A DNA stretch of 63,959 nucleotides, the filler included. It is 6 parts of 6 records of this genome, joined end to end, with 100 filler letters (N's around TTAATTAATTAA, not from the genome) between each part and the next. Parts side by side here need not be neighbours in the genome. Positions count along the whole stretch, not along the records: positions 38,569 to 58,474 come from SRR31156797_13207; 5 more parts are not named here. One strand, given 5' to 3'. Below are positions 40,192 through 51,178 of the stretch, one piece after another (the stretch's first letter is position 1; the number at the start of each line of letters is the position of its first letter). The notes under the pieces were generated by a model. It made no database searches and was not told the origin of the DNA. It was given only the letters and a program-made list of their open reading frames with translations. The position numbers were made by a program, and so were the translations under genes.

Positions 40192-40928
40192 GCCAACAAG
40201 AGTTGTGTTAGTAATAAATTAAATAATAGTATTTGAATACTACTTACCACTACGGCTTTTGTACTGGCAACCCCAACTTCTAACGAACCTCCTCTGACAT
40301 AATATCCTTTGTAAGAAGAAATAGATGCAATAAGAAATGCAAAAACACTAGATTTAATTAATGCATATCCTATATAAAATGGCTTAAATGCATACCTAAT
40401 ACCATAGATATAATCCACAGACGGAACCTCACCTGTTATAGAACCGGCTAGCCAACCTCCAAAAATTCCTATTCCCATACTCAGAATAACCAAAAGGGGC
40501 ATCATTAAAAGTAAACCTAAAATTTTGGGCAAGACTAAAAAGCCTGCTGAATTAATACCCATTATCTCAATAGCATCAATCTGCTCAGTAACTCGCATAG
40601 TTCCAATTTCTGAAGCTATGTTCGACCCAACTTTACCTGCTAATATCAATCCCACAATTGTTGAGGAAAACTCTAACAACACAGAATCACGTGCTGCTAA
40701 TCCAATAGTATACTTCGGTATAAAAATCAAATCAATATTATAAGCTGTCTGCAATGTAATGACAGCACCCATAAAAAAAGATATAATAGCTACAATTCCA
40801 ATTGAATTAATGCCTAATTTTTCCGCCTCTCTTACTACCTGATTAAATAATACAGTATGCTTTTCCGGTCGTGCAAAAACCCTTTTTAAAAAAACACTAT
40901 ATCTTCCTAATTCATATAAATATTGCAT
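40188..40928 (-). CDS. mlaE: MlaE-family ABC transporter permease
   Basis: AGKVGSNIASEIGTMRVTEQIDA, VGVASTKAVV. Confidence 0.92.
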   Translation of the reverse strand: MQYLYELGRYSVFLKRVFARPEKHTVLFNQVVREAEKLGINSIGIVAIISFFMGAVITLQTAYNIDLIFIPKYTIGLAARDSVLLEFSSTIVGLILAGKVGSNIASEIGTMRVTEQIDAIEIMGINSAGFLVLPKILGLLLMMPLLVILSMGIGIFGGWLAGSITGEVPSVDYIYGIRYAFKPFYIGYALIKSSVFAFLIASISSYKGYYVRGGSLEVGVASTKAVVVSSIQILLFNLLLTQLLLA

Positions 40929-41071
40929 ATAGTAAAATGATTTGCGCTAAAAATAGCAACTATATTCAGGCTATGAAAATAAATTTGAAATAGAGTACAT
41001 ATCGGTTTTAATTATTAAGCATTTTGGGTATTTTCACCTTCAATAAAAAATTGAATTTAATTTTATTAATA

Positions 41072-42151
41072 ATGACTGGTAATACATATTGCGTAATTAT
41101 GGCTGGAGGAATCGGTAGTCGATTTTGGCCAATAAGCCGAGAAGAAACTCCTAAACAGTTTTTAGATATACTTGGAACCGGAAGAACATTTATTCAACAA
41201 ACCTACGATAGGTTCTCATCACTATGTCCTGCTGAGAATTTTTTAGTCGTGACTAGCGTTGAGTATAAAGAAATGGTTTTAGAGCAACTTCCTAGCTTAA
41301 AACCAGAACAAGTATTAACAGAACCATTCCGTCGTAATACAGCACCATGTATAGCATATGCAAATGCATGGATTCAAAAAAGAAATTCAGAGGCTTCTAT
41401 AATAGTTACACCAGCAGACCACCTTATCCTTAAACAAGATGATTTTATATCTGTAGTTTCAAAAGGTTTGGATTTTGTTAATAATAATGAGGCTTTATTG
41501 ACAATAGGTATAAAACCACATCGACCAGAAACTGGTTATGGATATATTCAAGTTGGTGATGACTCTCCTAAAACACTTGGCGAAATTGAACCTGTGAAAA
41601 CATTTACAGAGAAACCTAATCTTGAATTAGCTAAGGTATTTTTTGAAAGTGGAGAGTTCTTTTGGAACTCCGGAATATTTATCTGGTCTTTAGCTTCTAT
41701 CAATAGTGCTTTTGATCAATATCTACCTGATGTAAAAAATCTCTTTGACAGTATCGATTCCGAGATAAATACGCATAACGAAGAAAATGCCATTAAGGAG
41801 ATTTATCAGGAATGCCCAAATATATCCATTGATTATGGAGTAATGGAAAAAGCTTCTAATGTTTCTGTATTAACCGCAGACGTTGGGTGGAGTGATTTAG
41901 GAACCTGGTCTTCTCTATATGAACACTCCAGTAAGGATGATAATAATAATGCTATTAACACAGGTAAGGTCTTAGCTTATGATTCCAAAAATTGCGTAGT
42001 TAATCTTCCTAATGATAAAATGGCTGTAATACAAGGACTAGATGGTTATATCGTTGCAGAATCACACAACTGTTTATTAATCTGTCCAAAATCTAACGAA
42101 CAACAGATACGTCAGTTTTCTGCAGATATCATATCTGAATACGGTAAATAA
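41072..42151 (+). CDS. manC: Mannose-1-phosphate guanylyltransferase
   Basis: IMAGGIGSRFWP..PKQF, RNTAPCI, PADH, ETGYGYI, FTEKP, WNSGIF, SIDYGVMEK, WSDLGTW. Confidence 0.93.
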   Translation: MTGNTYCVIMAGGIGSRFWPISREETPKQFLDILGTGRTFIQQTYDRFSSLCPAENFLVVTSVEYKEMVLEQLPSLKPEQVLTEPFRRNTAPCIAYANAWIQKRNSEASIIVTPADHLILKQDDFISVVSKGLDFVNNNEALLTIGIKPHRPETGYGYIQVGDDSPKTLGEIEPVKTFTEKPNLELAKVFFESGEFFWNSGIFIWSLASINSAFDQYLPDVKNLFDSIDSEINTHNEENAIKEIYQECPNISIDYGVMEKASNVSVLTADVGWSDLGTWSSLYEHSSKDDNNNAINTGKVLAYDSKNCVVNLPNDKMAVIQGLDGYIVAESHNCLLICPKSNEQQIRQFSADIISEYGK

Positions 42152-42173
42152 TCTTTCCGACAAATATGAAAAC

Positions 42174-43991
42174 AAAAAAGAGGGTGTCCAAAAATGGATG
42201 CCCTCTTTTTTGTTACATAAAATACTGAAATTCAATAAAATAAGCTTGTTTTAATTTTCTTATATGCCTGATATTTAATATCTTAAAGGTATGAAAAACA
42301 TATCCTTTAAAGAGTACAGCCAAGGCCAGACAGAGTTGTTTCCCGCAAGATTAGATGAATTCATACCAGAAGATGCTCCGGTTCGATTGGTCAGTGACAT
42401 TGTTGACAAACTTGACATATCTTTTATTGTATCTGGATACAAAGAGGGAGGTTGCAGGGGATACCATCCCAAAATGATGCTGAAGGTGATGTTTTTTAGT
42501 TACCTGAGCAATGTGTACTCGTGCCGCAAAATGGAGGCCGCACTTAAGGAGAGCATACATTACATGTGGCTGTCGGGCAAGCAGTTTCCAAAGCACAGCT
42601 GCATCAATGACTTTAGGGGCAAACGGCTGAAAGAGCACATCAACCGGTTGTTCACGCAAGTGGTACTGATGTTGGTCGATCTGGGCTATCTGAGCTTGGA
42701 TGTGCAATACATCGATGGGACAAAAATAGAAAGTTCTGCCAACCGTTATACTTTCGTCTGGCGCAAATCAGTAGAGCGCTATAAGTCAAAATTGGAAGTA
42801 AAGATCAAAGGTATACTAGCCCAGATAGACGAAGGCATACAGGAAGACAACAAGCCAACAGAAGAAGCCATAGGGGTTGTGGACTCACAAACCCTGCAAG
42901 AAAAAATAGCCGAACTGAACGAACAGAACAAAGCCCAAACTAAAGAACAGAAGAAACTGCTGAAAGAACTGGAGACCAAACACCTCCCAAAATTGGAGGA
43001 GTACGAACAAAAGCTGGGTGACATTGGCAAGAACCGTAACTCCAGTTCTAAAACTGACAAAGAGGCCACCTTTATGCGGATGAAGGAAGACCACATGAAG
43101 AACGGCCAGTTGAAGCCAGCATACAATATCCAGATCAGTACCGAGAACCAGTTCATCACCAACTTTGCTCCTTACCAAAATCCCACAGACACAAGGACAC
43201 TGATCTCCTTTTTAAACAGTTTTAAAAACAAGTACGCAAAACAGTCCAAAGAGGTGGTTGCCGACTCAGGATATGGAAGCGAAGAGAATTACGACCATAT
43301 GGAAGAGGAGGCTATCGAAGCTTATGTCAAGTTCAATTATTTTCACAAAGAGCAAAAGAAAGCTTTCAAGACAGACCCGCATAAAGTAGAAAACCTCCAC
43401 TACAACCCATCCGGAGATTACTTTGTTTGTCCCATGGGACAGCACATGCGGCCTGTTGCGGAATATGAAAAAACAAACGCATCGGGTTATGTCAGCCAGA
43501 TAAAAAAATACCAGGCCAAAAATTGCAGTCGTTGCCAAATGAGAGGAAGGTGCTTTAAGGGAGAAGGAAACCGGAACATAGAGGTCAACCATAATCTGCG
43601 AAGGCACAAACAAAAAGCCAGGGAGATGCTCAACAGCGAAGAAGGACTCCAGCACAGGAGCAACAGACCAATAGAACCGGAAGCGGTATTTGGCCAGATC
43701 AAACAAAATAAAGGTTTTAAGAGATTTACATTAAAGGGACTAGATGGCGTCAACCTTGAATTTGGCCTGATTGCCATTGCCTTGAACATCGGGAAATGGG
43801 CTAGAAAAGAAGCTGAAAAAGCAAAAGAGGCTATTGTTTTATCAATCCAAAACCTTTTTTATGTCATAGGGGCGCTCATTGCATCTTATATTGTAATCTT
43901 AAAGAAAAATAAGTTGTTGTCCTTTAAACTCTAAAAATCAGAAATTTCAATAAGCAAAAAGAGGATGTCGTTTTTGGACACCCTCTTTTTT
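42174..43991 (+). mobile_element. IS1182-family insertion sequence (exact ends ambiguous)
   Basis: Transposase bounded by inverted sequences AAAAAAGAGGGTGTCCAAAAA (42174-42194) and TTTTTGGACACCCTCTTTTTT (43971-43991); visibly higher GC than the flanks. Confidence 0.85.
42291..43934 (+). CDS. IS1182-family DDE transposase
   Basis: [77 protein letters not shown]. Confidence 0.95.
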   Translation: MKNISFKEYSQGQTELFPARLDEFIPEDAPVRLVSDIVDKLDISFIVSGYKEGGCRGYHPKMMLKVMFFSYLSNVYSCRKMEAALKESIHYMWLSGKQFPKHSCINDFRGKRLKEHINRLFTQVVLMLVDLGYLSLDVQYIDGTKIESSANRYTFVWRKSVERYKSKLEVKIKGILAQIDEGIQEDNKPTEEAIGVVDSQTLQEKIAELNEQNKAQTKEQKKLLKELETKHLPKLEEYEQKLGDIGKNRNSSSKTDKEATFMRMKEDHMKNGQLKPAYNIQISTENQFITNFAPYQNPTDTRTLISFLNSFKNKYAKQSKEVVADSGYGSEENYDHMEEEAIEAYVKFNYFHKEQKKAFKTDPHKVENLHYNPSGDYFVCPMGQHMRPVAEYEKTNASGYVSQIKKYQAKNCSRCQMRGRCFKGEGNRNIEVNHNLRRHKQKAREMLNSEEGLQHRSNRPIEPEAVFGQIKQNKGFKRFTLKGLDGVNLEFGLIAIALNIGKWARKEAEKAKEAIVLSIQNLFYVIGALIASYIVILKKNKLLSFKL

Positions 43992-44020
43992 TTATATTGT
44001 ATTTCTTCTTATCCTTTACT

Positions 44021-44896
44021 CTAGAATTCCCATAAATCATGCTCAAACATAAAAATGTCATTTTTGATTCTTTCAGATTCAATCATTGCTTCACTACCTA
44101 CAGCATATTGCTCTATACCTCTATTGTTATATACGTTTGACTCTCTAACAATATAACTACCAAAGAACCTTTTCATAAAAATGTCATCAAAAGTACGACG
44201 TTGCGCATCATTACGAGGATTAAACACTTCATTACGTGCAAATAAATCTCTTGCCTGAGGGAAATAAATCCAAAAAGCTTGTTTTCTTGCTATCTGAGCT
44301 TCCCCACCTTCACCAGATGGTTTTTCATACTCTCTGATTGGACATAAACCAATTATACGTACATCCAATCTAGAATAATTTCTGTCAAAAAACCAAACTT
44401 CTTTTACCAATATTTGCTTAACCTCCTCAGGTCTTAATTCTCCTGACACAATTTGTTCTGCATATGTACCATCATCTTGACGTACCTGCAAAGTATCACC
44501 TACAGCACCCATTTCATAAAGAACTTCATCCACCGACATTGGAACCTTAAATTCATCCTCAGTTTTAGTTGAATAGGCTGTTAAACCCTCATATCTGATA
44601 CCATGCATTAGTAATTGAGTTAAGCTAAAGCGTCCGTCCATTGTTGTAACCGGGTAATATAATGGTAAATTAATTTTTTCCCTTAGATCAATAACACGCC
44701 ATACCTTTTTAGCCCACATAACATCAGCCTCGCGAACATGTGGATATGGTATAGGCTTTCTGTTTAAAACATGTTCTTTAGGATAAATTCCATCCAAAAC
44801 ATTTTGAGCTTCAACTTTATAAGTTCCAGCCAATGCAATGAAAACGATGAATAAGAAGAATAACTTTTTCATTATAATAGGTTTTAATTTTCTCAA
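44021..44896 (-). CDS. gldN: Gliding motility / T9SS protein GldN (PorN)
   Basis: READVMWAKKVWRVIDLREKINLPLYYP, KEVWFFD, FEHDLWEF; last gene of the gldKLMN operon. Confidence 0.92.
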   Translation of the reverse strand: MRKLKPIIMKKLFFLFIVFIALAGTYKVEAQNVLDGIYPKEHVLNRKPIPYPHVREADVMWAKKVWRVIDLREKINLPLYYPVTTMDGRFSLTQLLMHGIRYEGLTAYSTKTEDEFKVPMSVDEVLYEMGAVGDTLQVRQDDGTYAEQIVSGELRPEEVKQILVKEVWFFDRNYSRLDVRIIGLCPIREYEKPSGEGGEAQIARKQAFWIYFPQARDLFARNEVFNPRNDAQRRTFDDIFMKRFFGSYIVRESNVYNNRGIEQYAVGSEAMIESERIKNDIFMFEHDLWEF

Positions 44897-44919
44897 TTGA
44901 TATATTTTATAATCTAATT

Positions 44920-46479
44920 TTAATCTAAAATAAATGTCATAGTACCTAAAGCCCTTGTTCCACTCGGTCCACTTGCCCGGATACCTTCAATAGATATTTT
45001 ACTACCTCTCGGCATTCCTTTAATAAGATCTTTTTGTCTATCAGTAAACCTTGAACTTTTAGAAGGTTCATCAACCATATAGCCATTTTTTAGAACAGAA
45101 ACAGTAAAGCGAGTAACATTATATTCTAACTCAAAGTCGAAATCTTTCATTTCTGCAAAAACCCCAGATTGAGCTAACAATACACTTTTCCTAATCTTTC
45201 CACCAGATTCTCCTGCTACAACAGGTACTGGATCTGGTACTCTTTTAATCCTAAACTCTTGTTGCCCAATAAACTTTGTCTTTCCATCAATTTCAGCAGA
45301 AACTTTGATAATCGACCTACGCCCTGCTGTCCCTGGCCTTGGTTTTACTGCGTAGTTTGCTCCTTTCTTAGAGCTATTTACATTAGTCATACTAACTTTT
45401 AACGCATTACTCGCTACACCAGGAACTGATATTGCCACAGGATTTTCAACACCTTCATAAAAAACATTCATTTTTATTGGTGAAATGACTGCATTCGGTT
45501 TTACAACCTGAAACTCTCCTTCTACTGCATATGGGATGTACTCTGAACCATCTGCAGATGGAGCTTTAATAAAACCAGTCCATTTATGCTCACCAACAGA
45601 CCTCTTAATTTCAAGTTGGCCAATTCCATCTTTTACATTCTCTAGTTGACGTCCTTCTATTTCAATAATTGGTTTTGCTGTAGGATCGAAAGCAGCCATT
45701 AATAATTCTGCCCTGTAAGTTTCCCCTTCAAGTATTGTTGTTTTATAAGGTTTTACTACAGGGAATCGATCTGTATATTTAAAAGATCCTTTATCTATTT
45801 CTGAATAAAGACCTGCTATCATATCTGCTTCGGCATTCCTTACGTCTCCTTGTATTTTACTTAACATCGCCATGGATGCGGACAATGGCACGTGTTCAAA
45901 CTTAGTTGATTCCCATGATTTCTCCACATCCTTTTCGCCTTTAATATCAGCAGTATTAAAAACATCTGTAAAGGCATGGATGTATGTGGTATCAGCTGGA
46001 TCATTTTCATCGAGATACGATAGAAGAAGCTCCTTGTATTCTTCCATCCTACTCTTTAACTCTTTACTTCTGGCTCCAGCCTTTTCCGTCATCATTACCT
46101 GAGGGGCAATATCCTGATTGTCTGCACCGGTATACTCATCCGGCGTTGCTTCAGGTCCTCCTGCAATGCGAGCCATTTTTAATTTTAATTCTTGTATATG
46201 ATTAACCAAACTATCAGCTGCCACTTTTATTTTATTGGCCTCCTGCCACTCATCTTCAGCTTTCTTAGGGTTGTTCTTATATGCTGAGCGAAACTGAGTG
46301 TACAAAACCTCGTTTTTTCTCTCAACCGTTTCTCTGGATTGATTAAACCCTTTATCTAAAGTTACAAATGCCTGAAGTAATTCACCTGATACATTTAATG
46401 CTAACATCGCAGTTAAAAACAGGTACATCATACCTATCATTTTCTGCCTGGGGGTTTCGGGACAATTTCCGCCACTCAT
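44920..46479 (-). CDS. gldM: Gliding motility / T9SS motor protein GldM (PorM)
   Basis: TPRQKMIGMMYLFLTAMLALNVS, KMNVFYEGVENP, FRIKRVPDP. Confidence 0.95.
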   Translation of the reverse strand: MSGGNCPETPRQKMIGMMYLFLTAMLALNVSGELLQAFVTLDKGFNQSRETVERKNEVLYTQFRSAYKNNPKKAEDEWQEANKIKVAADSLVNHIQELKLKMARIAGGPEATPDEYTGADNQDIAPQVMMTEKAGARSKELKSRMEEYKELLLSYLDENDPADTTYIHAFTDVFNTADIKGEKDVEKSWESTKFEHVPLSASMAMLSKIQGDVRNAEADMIAGLYSEIDKGSFKYTDRFPVVKPYKTTILEGETYRAELLMAAFDPTAKPIIEIEGRQLENVKDGIGQLEIKRSVGEHKWTGFIKAPSADGSEYIPYAVEGEFQVVKPNAVISPIKMNVFYEGVENPVAISVPGVASNALKVSMTNVNSSKKGANYAVKPRPGTAGRRSIIKVSAEIDGKTKFIGQQEFRIKRVPDPVPVVAGESGGKIRKSVLLAQSGVFAEMKDFDFELEYNVTRFTVSVLKNGYMVDEPSKSSRFTDRQKDLIKGMPRGSKISIEGIRASGPSGTRALGTMTFILD

Positions 46480-46514
46480 ACTATAATTCTTTAATTTTTA
46501 AATAATAGTTTAAT

Positions 46515-47453
46515 TTAGCGGTTACTTACATTCATGGCACTTAGCATGTTACCATAAATTGCATTCAACTCTCCAACTGTTTTATTTAAATCAGCTACCT
46601 GATCTCTGTATAGCTTAGCGTCTTCTACAGATTGTTTTAAATAACCACTAATTTCCCCCAGTCCGTTAGTTAATTGCTCTGTTGCATCAACCTGAGCTTT
46701 CGAGCCTTTTAACTGCATTTCATAGATTGAATTAACAGCTGCTAAATTTTCATTTATACTATTTAGTTGGCTGTTATATTTTTCACTATTTGAAGAAATA
46801 CCACTTATTTCCTTCTGAATATTTTCTGATAAACCATCATATGCTTTTACTAACTGCTCCCCTGAGTTAGTCATCACATTCGCTACTTTTGTACCGGCCT
46901 CAGAAATAGCACCGGCAGTAGCAGAATATGATTGAGTTAATGCATTCGCAGACTCCTCTATGGCTTTTGCTGTCTTATCCTGCACAACACCTAATTTTCC
47001 AACAGATTCTGACGCATTCTGAATATTCTGCATATAGCTTTGTGTTGCTAATGATGCATCACTTAAATCTGCTAAATGAGATGAAGTATTACCTAATTTC
47101 TTAATTCCTTCTGATAATTTCTTTACTGTTGCCTCATCAATGTTACCAGTTTCAATCAGAGCCTGTAGTTCACTTCCGCCTCCACTAACTCCTTTATGAG
47201 CAGCTTTGGGTTCTAATCCTACTAACTCAGGATAAACCAAACTCCAATCAGGCATTTCATGAGGTGGTTCAAAAGCTGATAAAGCAAATATAATTACCTC
47301 AGTTCCCATTCCCAGAATTAACATTAAAGTTGCTCCAGGAAGGTGTAAGATTTTCCAGAGTGCGCCAAGCAATACAATTGCAGCACCAAAACCATAAACC
47401 TTCCCCATCACTTTCTTATACCCCGGACTCTCTACAAATTCAGTAATACTCAT
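46515..47453 (-). CDS. gldL: Gliding motility / T9SS motor protein GldL (PorL)
   Basis: YGFGAAIVLLGALWKILH, GTEVIIFALSAFEPP, DWSLVYPEL, LNAIYGNMLSAM. Confidence 0.95.
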   Translation of the reverse strand: MSITEFVESPGYKKVMGKVYGFGAAIVLLGALWKILHLPGATLMLILGMGTEVIIFALSAFEPPHEMPDWSLVYPELVGLEPKAAHKGVSGGGSELQALIETGNIDEATVKKLSEGIKKLGNTSSHLADLSDASLATQSYMQNIQNASESVGKLGVVQDKTAKAIEESANALTQSYSATAGAISEAGTKVANVMTNSGEQLVKAYDGLSENIQKEISGISSNSEKYNSQLNSINENLAAVNSIYEMQLKGSKAQVDATEQLTNGLGEISGYLKQSVEDAKLYRDQVADLNKTVGELNAIYGNMLSAMNVSNR

Positions 47454-47501
47454 AGTAAAAATATTGTGTTGTTTTAATATTATTTAGCAATCTAAGCTTA
47501 T

Positions 47502-48830
47502 TTAATCACCGATATAGTCTCTTACACATCTAAAACCTATATAGGATTTTGCAGAATCCTGATATTCATATGTTCTTGTTCCACATTGCAAGTAATACCC
47601 TATATCTTTCCAGGATCCACCTCTTATCACTTTACGCTTCATTACATGAGGATCATCAGGTAAAGCATTATACTTATAAGTCGGATTAAAATCATGTGTA
47701 AAACTATAAGCAGATTCATCAAATGCACTTGATGTCCATTCGGCAGCATTACCTGCCATATCGTATAATCCAAAATCGTTAGGTGCGTATGATGCCACTG
47801 CCATAGAAGTATTCCCTCCATCGTCAGCATAACGACCTCTTAGAGGTTTAAAATTAGCTAAAAAGCAACCTTTATTATTTCTTGTATACATACCTCCCCA
47901 AGGGTACATTTGATTCTCTAAACCACCTCTTGAAGCATACTCCCATTCTGCTTCTGTAGGTAATCTATACCACATTACTTCTGGCTCACCTTTACTAATC
48001 AAATAATTATTCATTAACATTGATCTCCAAATAGTAAATGCAGTTGCTTGTTTAAAAGAAACTCCCACTACAGGGTATTCGTAAAATCCAACATGCCAAA
48101 AATACTTCTCCGTCCATGGTTCATTGAATGAATAGGTAAAATCTGCAATCCAACAAAGTGTATCCGGATAAACATTAACCTTATCTTTCATTATGAAAGC
48201 CGAACGATCACTAATCTGATCTTCCTCACCAAACTGATTTTTAACAACTCCTTCGTATTGGTTGGTATCAAAATTATATCGATTCGTCTTTTTAGCCGCC
48301 TGCTGAAGGTCAACCCATTCATATTCATAAACCAATTTTCTACTATCGATTTCTTTTCTTCTAAAGAAACGCTCGTTTTCTGGCAAGAACATATCTTCTA
48401 GGATTTCAGCATACTCCTCGTTGTCCCACTCAATTTCCATATCCCAATCCAAAAATGGCGGATCGATTTCATTACCGAATTGATCTTCTGCAATCACAAA
48501 CTCCTCAAACTGTTCACCCAGCAATCTTCTTGCAATAGAATCCCTAACCCAATTAATAAACTGGCGGTATTCCGTATTTGTAATTTCAGTTTCGTCCATC
48601 CAAAAAGATCGAATAGAAACTGTTTTTGATTGACTGGTTAACGACCAAGCTGCATCCTGATCATTAGGCCCCATATTAAAGCTTCCCTGTGGAATAAATA
48701 ACATTCCATAAGGATCTGGCTCATAAAAGGTACCTTTTTGAGGCACTCCGGTAAGTTCTCCTCCTCCAGAGTTACTACATCCGCTTAAAATAGTGACAAT
48801 GATGACACTAAGAGCTAGTACTTTCTTCAT
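47502..48830 (-). CDS. gldK: Gliding motility / T9SS lipoprotein GldK (PorK)
   Basis: Lipobox LSGC, GELTGV, FGE-sulfatase fold RLPTEAEWEYA, DMAGNAAEW, RGGSWKD. Confidence 0.95.
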   Translation of the reverse strand: MKKVLALSVIIVTILSGCSNSGGGELTGVPQKGTFYEPDPYGMLFIPQGSFNMGPNDQDAAWSLTSQSKTVSIRSFWMDETEITNTEYRQFINWVRDSIARRLLGEQFEEFVIAEDQFGNEIDPPFLDWDMEIEWDNEEYAEILEDMFLPENERFFRRKEIDSRKLVYEYEWVDLQQAAKKTNRYNFDTNQYEGVVKNQFGEEDQISDRSAFIMKDKVNVYPDTLCWIADFTYSFNEPWTEKYFWHVGFYEYPVVGVSFKQATAFTIWRSMLMNNYLISKGEPEVMWYRLPTEAEWEYASRGGLENQMYPWGGMYTRNNKGCFLANFKPLRGRYADDGGNTSMAVASYAPNDFGLYDMAGNAAEWTSSAFDESAYSFTHDFNPTYKYNALPDDPHVMKRKVIRGGSWKDIGYYLQCGTRTYEYQDSAKSYIGFRCVRDYIGD

Positions 48831-48872
48831 AATATTTCAGACTATCGGTATATTAAATTTTTAATTCTCTAC

Positions 48873-49841
48873 TTATAAATATCTAACGCTTTTATAACGT
48901 TTAGTTCGTTTCTCAAAATTTATATCCAGGTTATATCCTATCATTAACTCATGTGTTCCACCTTTTCCTGCTATTGAAATTGCGGAGGTTGTGACATCGT
49001 AACTATATCCAAATCTAACTCCGTTTTTCATTTCAATTCCACCCAACAAAACTATAGCATCTTGAAACCTATATGTTAATCCTCCCCAATATCTCTTTTT
49101 ATACCTAACTAAGGTATTTAAATCCAATTGAAAAAGCCTACCATCTGTTTTGTAAAAGATGGATGGCATAATTTCGTAATCGGTATCTTTTACTTTATGG
49201 TTATACCCTCCTGCAAGGTATAATGTTCCACTAACTTTATAATTAAATTCTTCTTTAAAATTAGGTTTCGGTCCATTTAAGTGCGATATAGAAACGCCAG
49301 CATAATATTTTTCTTCTTCATAAAATGCTCCAAATCCAACATCAAAGGCTGAACCAGAGATTTCTGTCTGAGGTATATGTGGATCACTCTGATCATAAAC
49401 ATCCTGACTGGGAAGAACCCAATCCGCACTTAATTTTTGATTAATTAATCCAACACTTAACCCTAAAGCTAAAGTTCCTTTTTCTAATTCATACCTGGAG
49501 GCATAGTTTAATTGCATTAATAAATTGGTAAAATTACCATTCTCATTATTTATAAAATTAATGCCCACACCAGAATTTAATCCAAATAATTTAATCGGCA
49601 TGTCGCCACTAAAAACCGTTGTTTTTAAGCCCATTACACCCGACCACTGATTCCTGTTTAAAGCAACCAAATTTATCGCATCTGCAGCACCTGCTGTCCC
49701 TGGATTTACAGCCAATTTATTAAATACGCTTTGACTGTATTGCGGATCGTATTGTGCATAAGTACCACTCAACGAAGAAATGCAAAATAAAACAAAAATC
49801 AGAATTCTCCTAAACATTTGTTCTTGTAATAAAAAACTCAA
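48873..49841 (-). CDS. PorP/SprF-family T9SS outer-membrane protein
   Basis: QYDPQYSQ..NPGTAG, RNQW, FGYSYD, GTHELMIGY; directly upstream of gldK. Confidence 0.9.
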   Translation of the reverse strand: MSFLLQEQMFRRILIFVLFCISSLSGTYAQYDPQYSQSVFNKLAVNPGTAGAADAINLVALNRNQWSGVMGLKTTVFSGDMPIKLFGLNSGVGINFINNENGNFTNLLMQLNYASRYELEKGTLALGLSVGLINQKLSADWVLPSQDVYDQSDPHIPQTEISGSAFDVGFGAFYEEEKYYAGVSISHLNGPKPNFKEEFNYKVSGTLYLAGGYNHKVKDTDYEIMPSIFYKTDGRLFQLDLNTLVRYKKRYWGGLTYRFQDAIVLLGGIEMKNGVRFGYSYDVTTSAISIAGKGGTHELMIGYNLDINFEKRTKRYKSVRYL

Positions 49842-50005
49842 AGAACTCTATTTCTTAACCGAATTTTACAAAAGCCTAAATACCTGACTGTTCTGCAAAA
49901 TAAGCTTTTTTAAAACTCATTAAAAAACTGAATTCGTATACTTTATTTCAATTATAAAGGTTTCGTTTTTATAAGTTAAACATGTTATTTTTTTGTAAAG
50001 CTAAG

Positions 50006-51163
50006 CTAATCTAAGGTGCTTTTTTGGAAGAACCTCCACCATTTATCAGGTAATTCTCCACTTTGAGCCAAAATATAGTCACTCTTATCACAAGCTAACT
50101 TTTTTACAGTGTTTTTCCATGGCACCTCAATCCACCATCGATTATTCACTCTGTTTGTATAGAAACGTATATCTACATCAAAATCTTGTAAATGAACTAT
50201 AGAAATTTTATAATTATCTCCCCCCTCTTTCGGCATGTCATTCATTTTGTGAGATATACCTTCTAATAAATGCCATAAAATTTGAGCACTTAAAACTCCA
50301 CCTGTTCCTCTTTCATCAATAGTTGGATTATAATCATGAAAACAAAAACACCTTAAATTTTCAGACAATCCACTATACCATGCAAGCTGACACGCCTCAT
50401 TTCCTGAAAAACCATTGACATTATGATTTGTATAATAGGGCATATATGCATATTCTATGGCTCCCGAATCGAAACTAATAATATCAGCATCCCTCAATAA
50501 CGGTTCACTATATTTTATCTGTTCACCTCTTAAGTCCTTTAAACGCTTATATTCCCAATGCAATTCACGCATTTTAGCTTCTTGCTTTTCTCCAAGAAAA
50601 TAATTTTGAACGCCTAAAACATTCATCTCATATATTGATGAACCAAATTCACCTGACAACTTGGTCAAATATGTTCTTGAGCAATAATCCTGATTATCTA
50701 CACAAAAGTCTAATTTTGCATCAATTAATGACATCGCTATATCATTATTCTCCTTAGTAAGACTTTTTACCAGAGGCAACAAATAATCCTGTCCTCCTCC
50801 TATAATTATAGACACTACGCTGTAAGGCTTCAATATCTCCAACACCTCATACAAAGCAACATACCTATCATTTAAGGTTGTTCCCTTCACATTACCCAAA
50901 TCCAGTATATTAATAGTTCTTGTATTCTTTCGAAGTTTGGCTAATTGCTTACGAATAAAATCAACCCCAAACTCACCTCCACTATTCTCTTGTGAATTTT
51001 TCGTATCTGCAACACCAATAATCACCGCATCAAAATCACTCAACTCTATCTGTTCTTCGTTTAATCCATATTGGATTAAACTAGAAATAGTGTCTTCTGC
51101 TGACATAAACCCGCCTTCTAAATCAGGTTCTGATACTGTCTGAAAAAAATCAGTTAATTGCAC
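50006..51163 (-). CDS. Arginase/formiminoglutamase-fold protein with degenerate metal site
   Basis: LDLGN, IGGGQD, IDAKLD, ISFDSG, NGFSGNEAC; C-terminal RWW extension. Confidence 0.75.
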   Translation of the reverse strand: MQLTDFFQTVSEPDLEGGFMSAEDTISSLIQYGLNEEQIELSDFDAVIIGVADTKNSQENSGGEFGVDFIRKQLAKLRKNTRTINILDLGNVKGTTLNDRYVALYEVLEILKPYSVVSIIIGGGQDYLLPLVKSLTKENNDIAMSLIDAKLDFCVDNQDYCSRTYLTKLSGEFGSSIYEMNVLGVQNYFLGEKQEAKMRELHWEYKRLKDLRGEQIKYSEPLLRDADIISFDSGAIEYAYMPYYTNHNVNGFSGNEACQLAWYSGLSENLRCFCFHDYNPTIDERGTGGVLSAQILWHLLEGISHKMNDMPKEGGDNYKISIVHLQDFDVDIRFYTNRVNNRWWIEVPWKNTVKKLACDKSDYILAQSGELPDKWWRFFQKSTLD

Positions 51164-51178
51164 TATCGCTTGATTTGG

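Noticed and set aside
44021-49841. porP-gldKLMN as a novel system
   Set aside because: Well-described T9SS/gliding motor operon in standard order.
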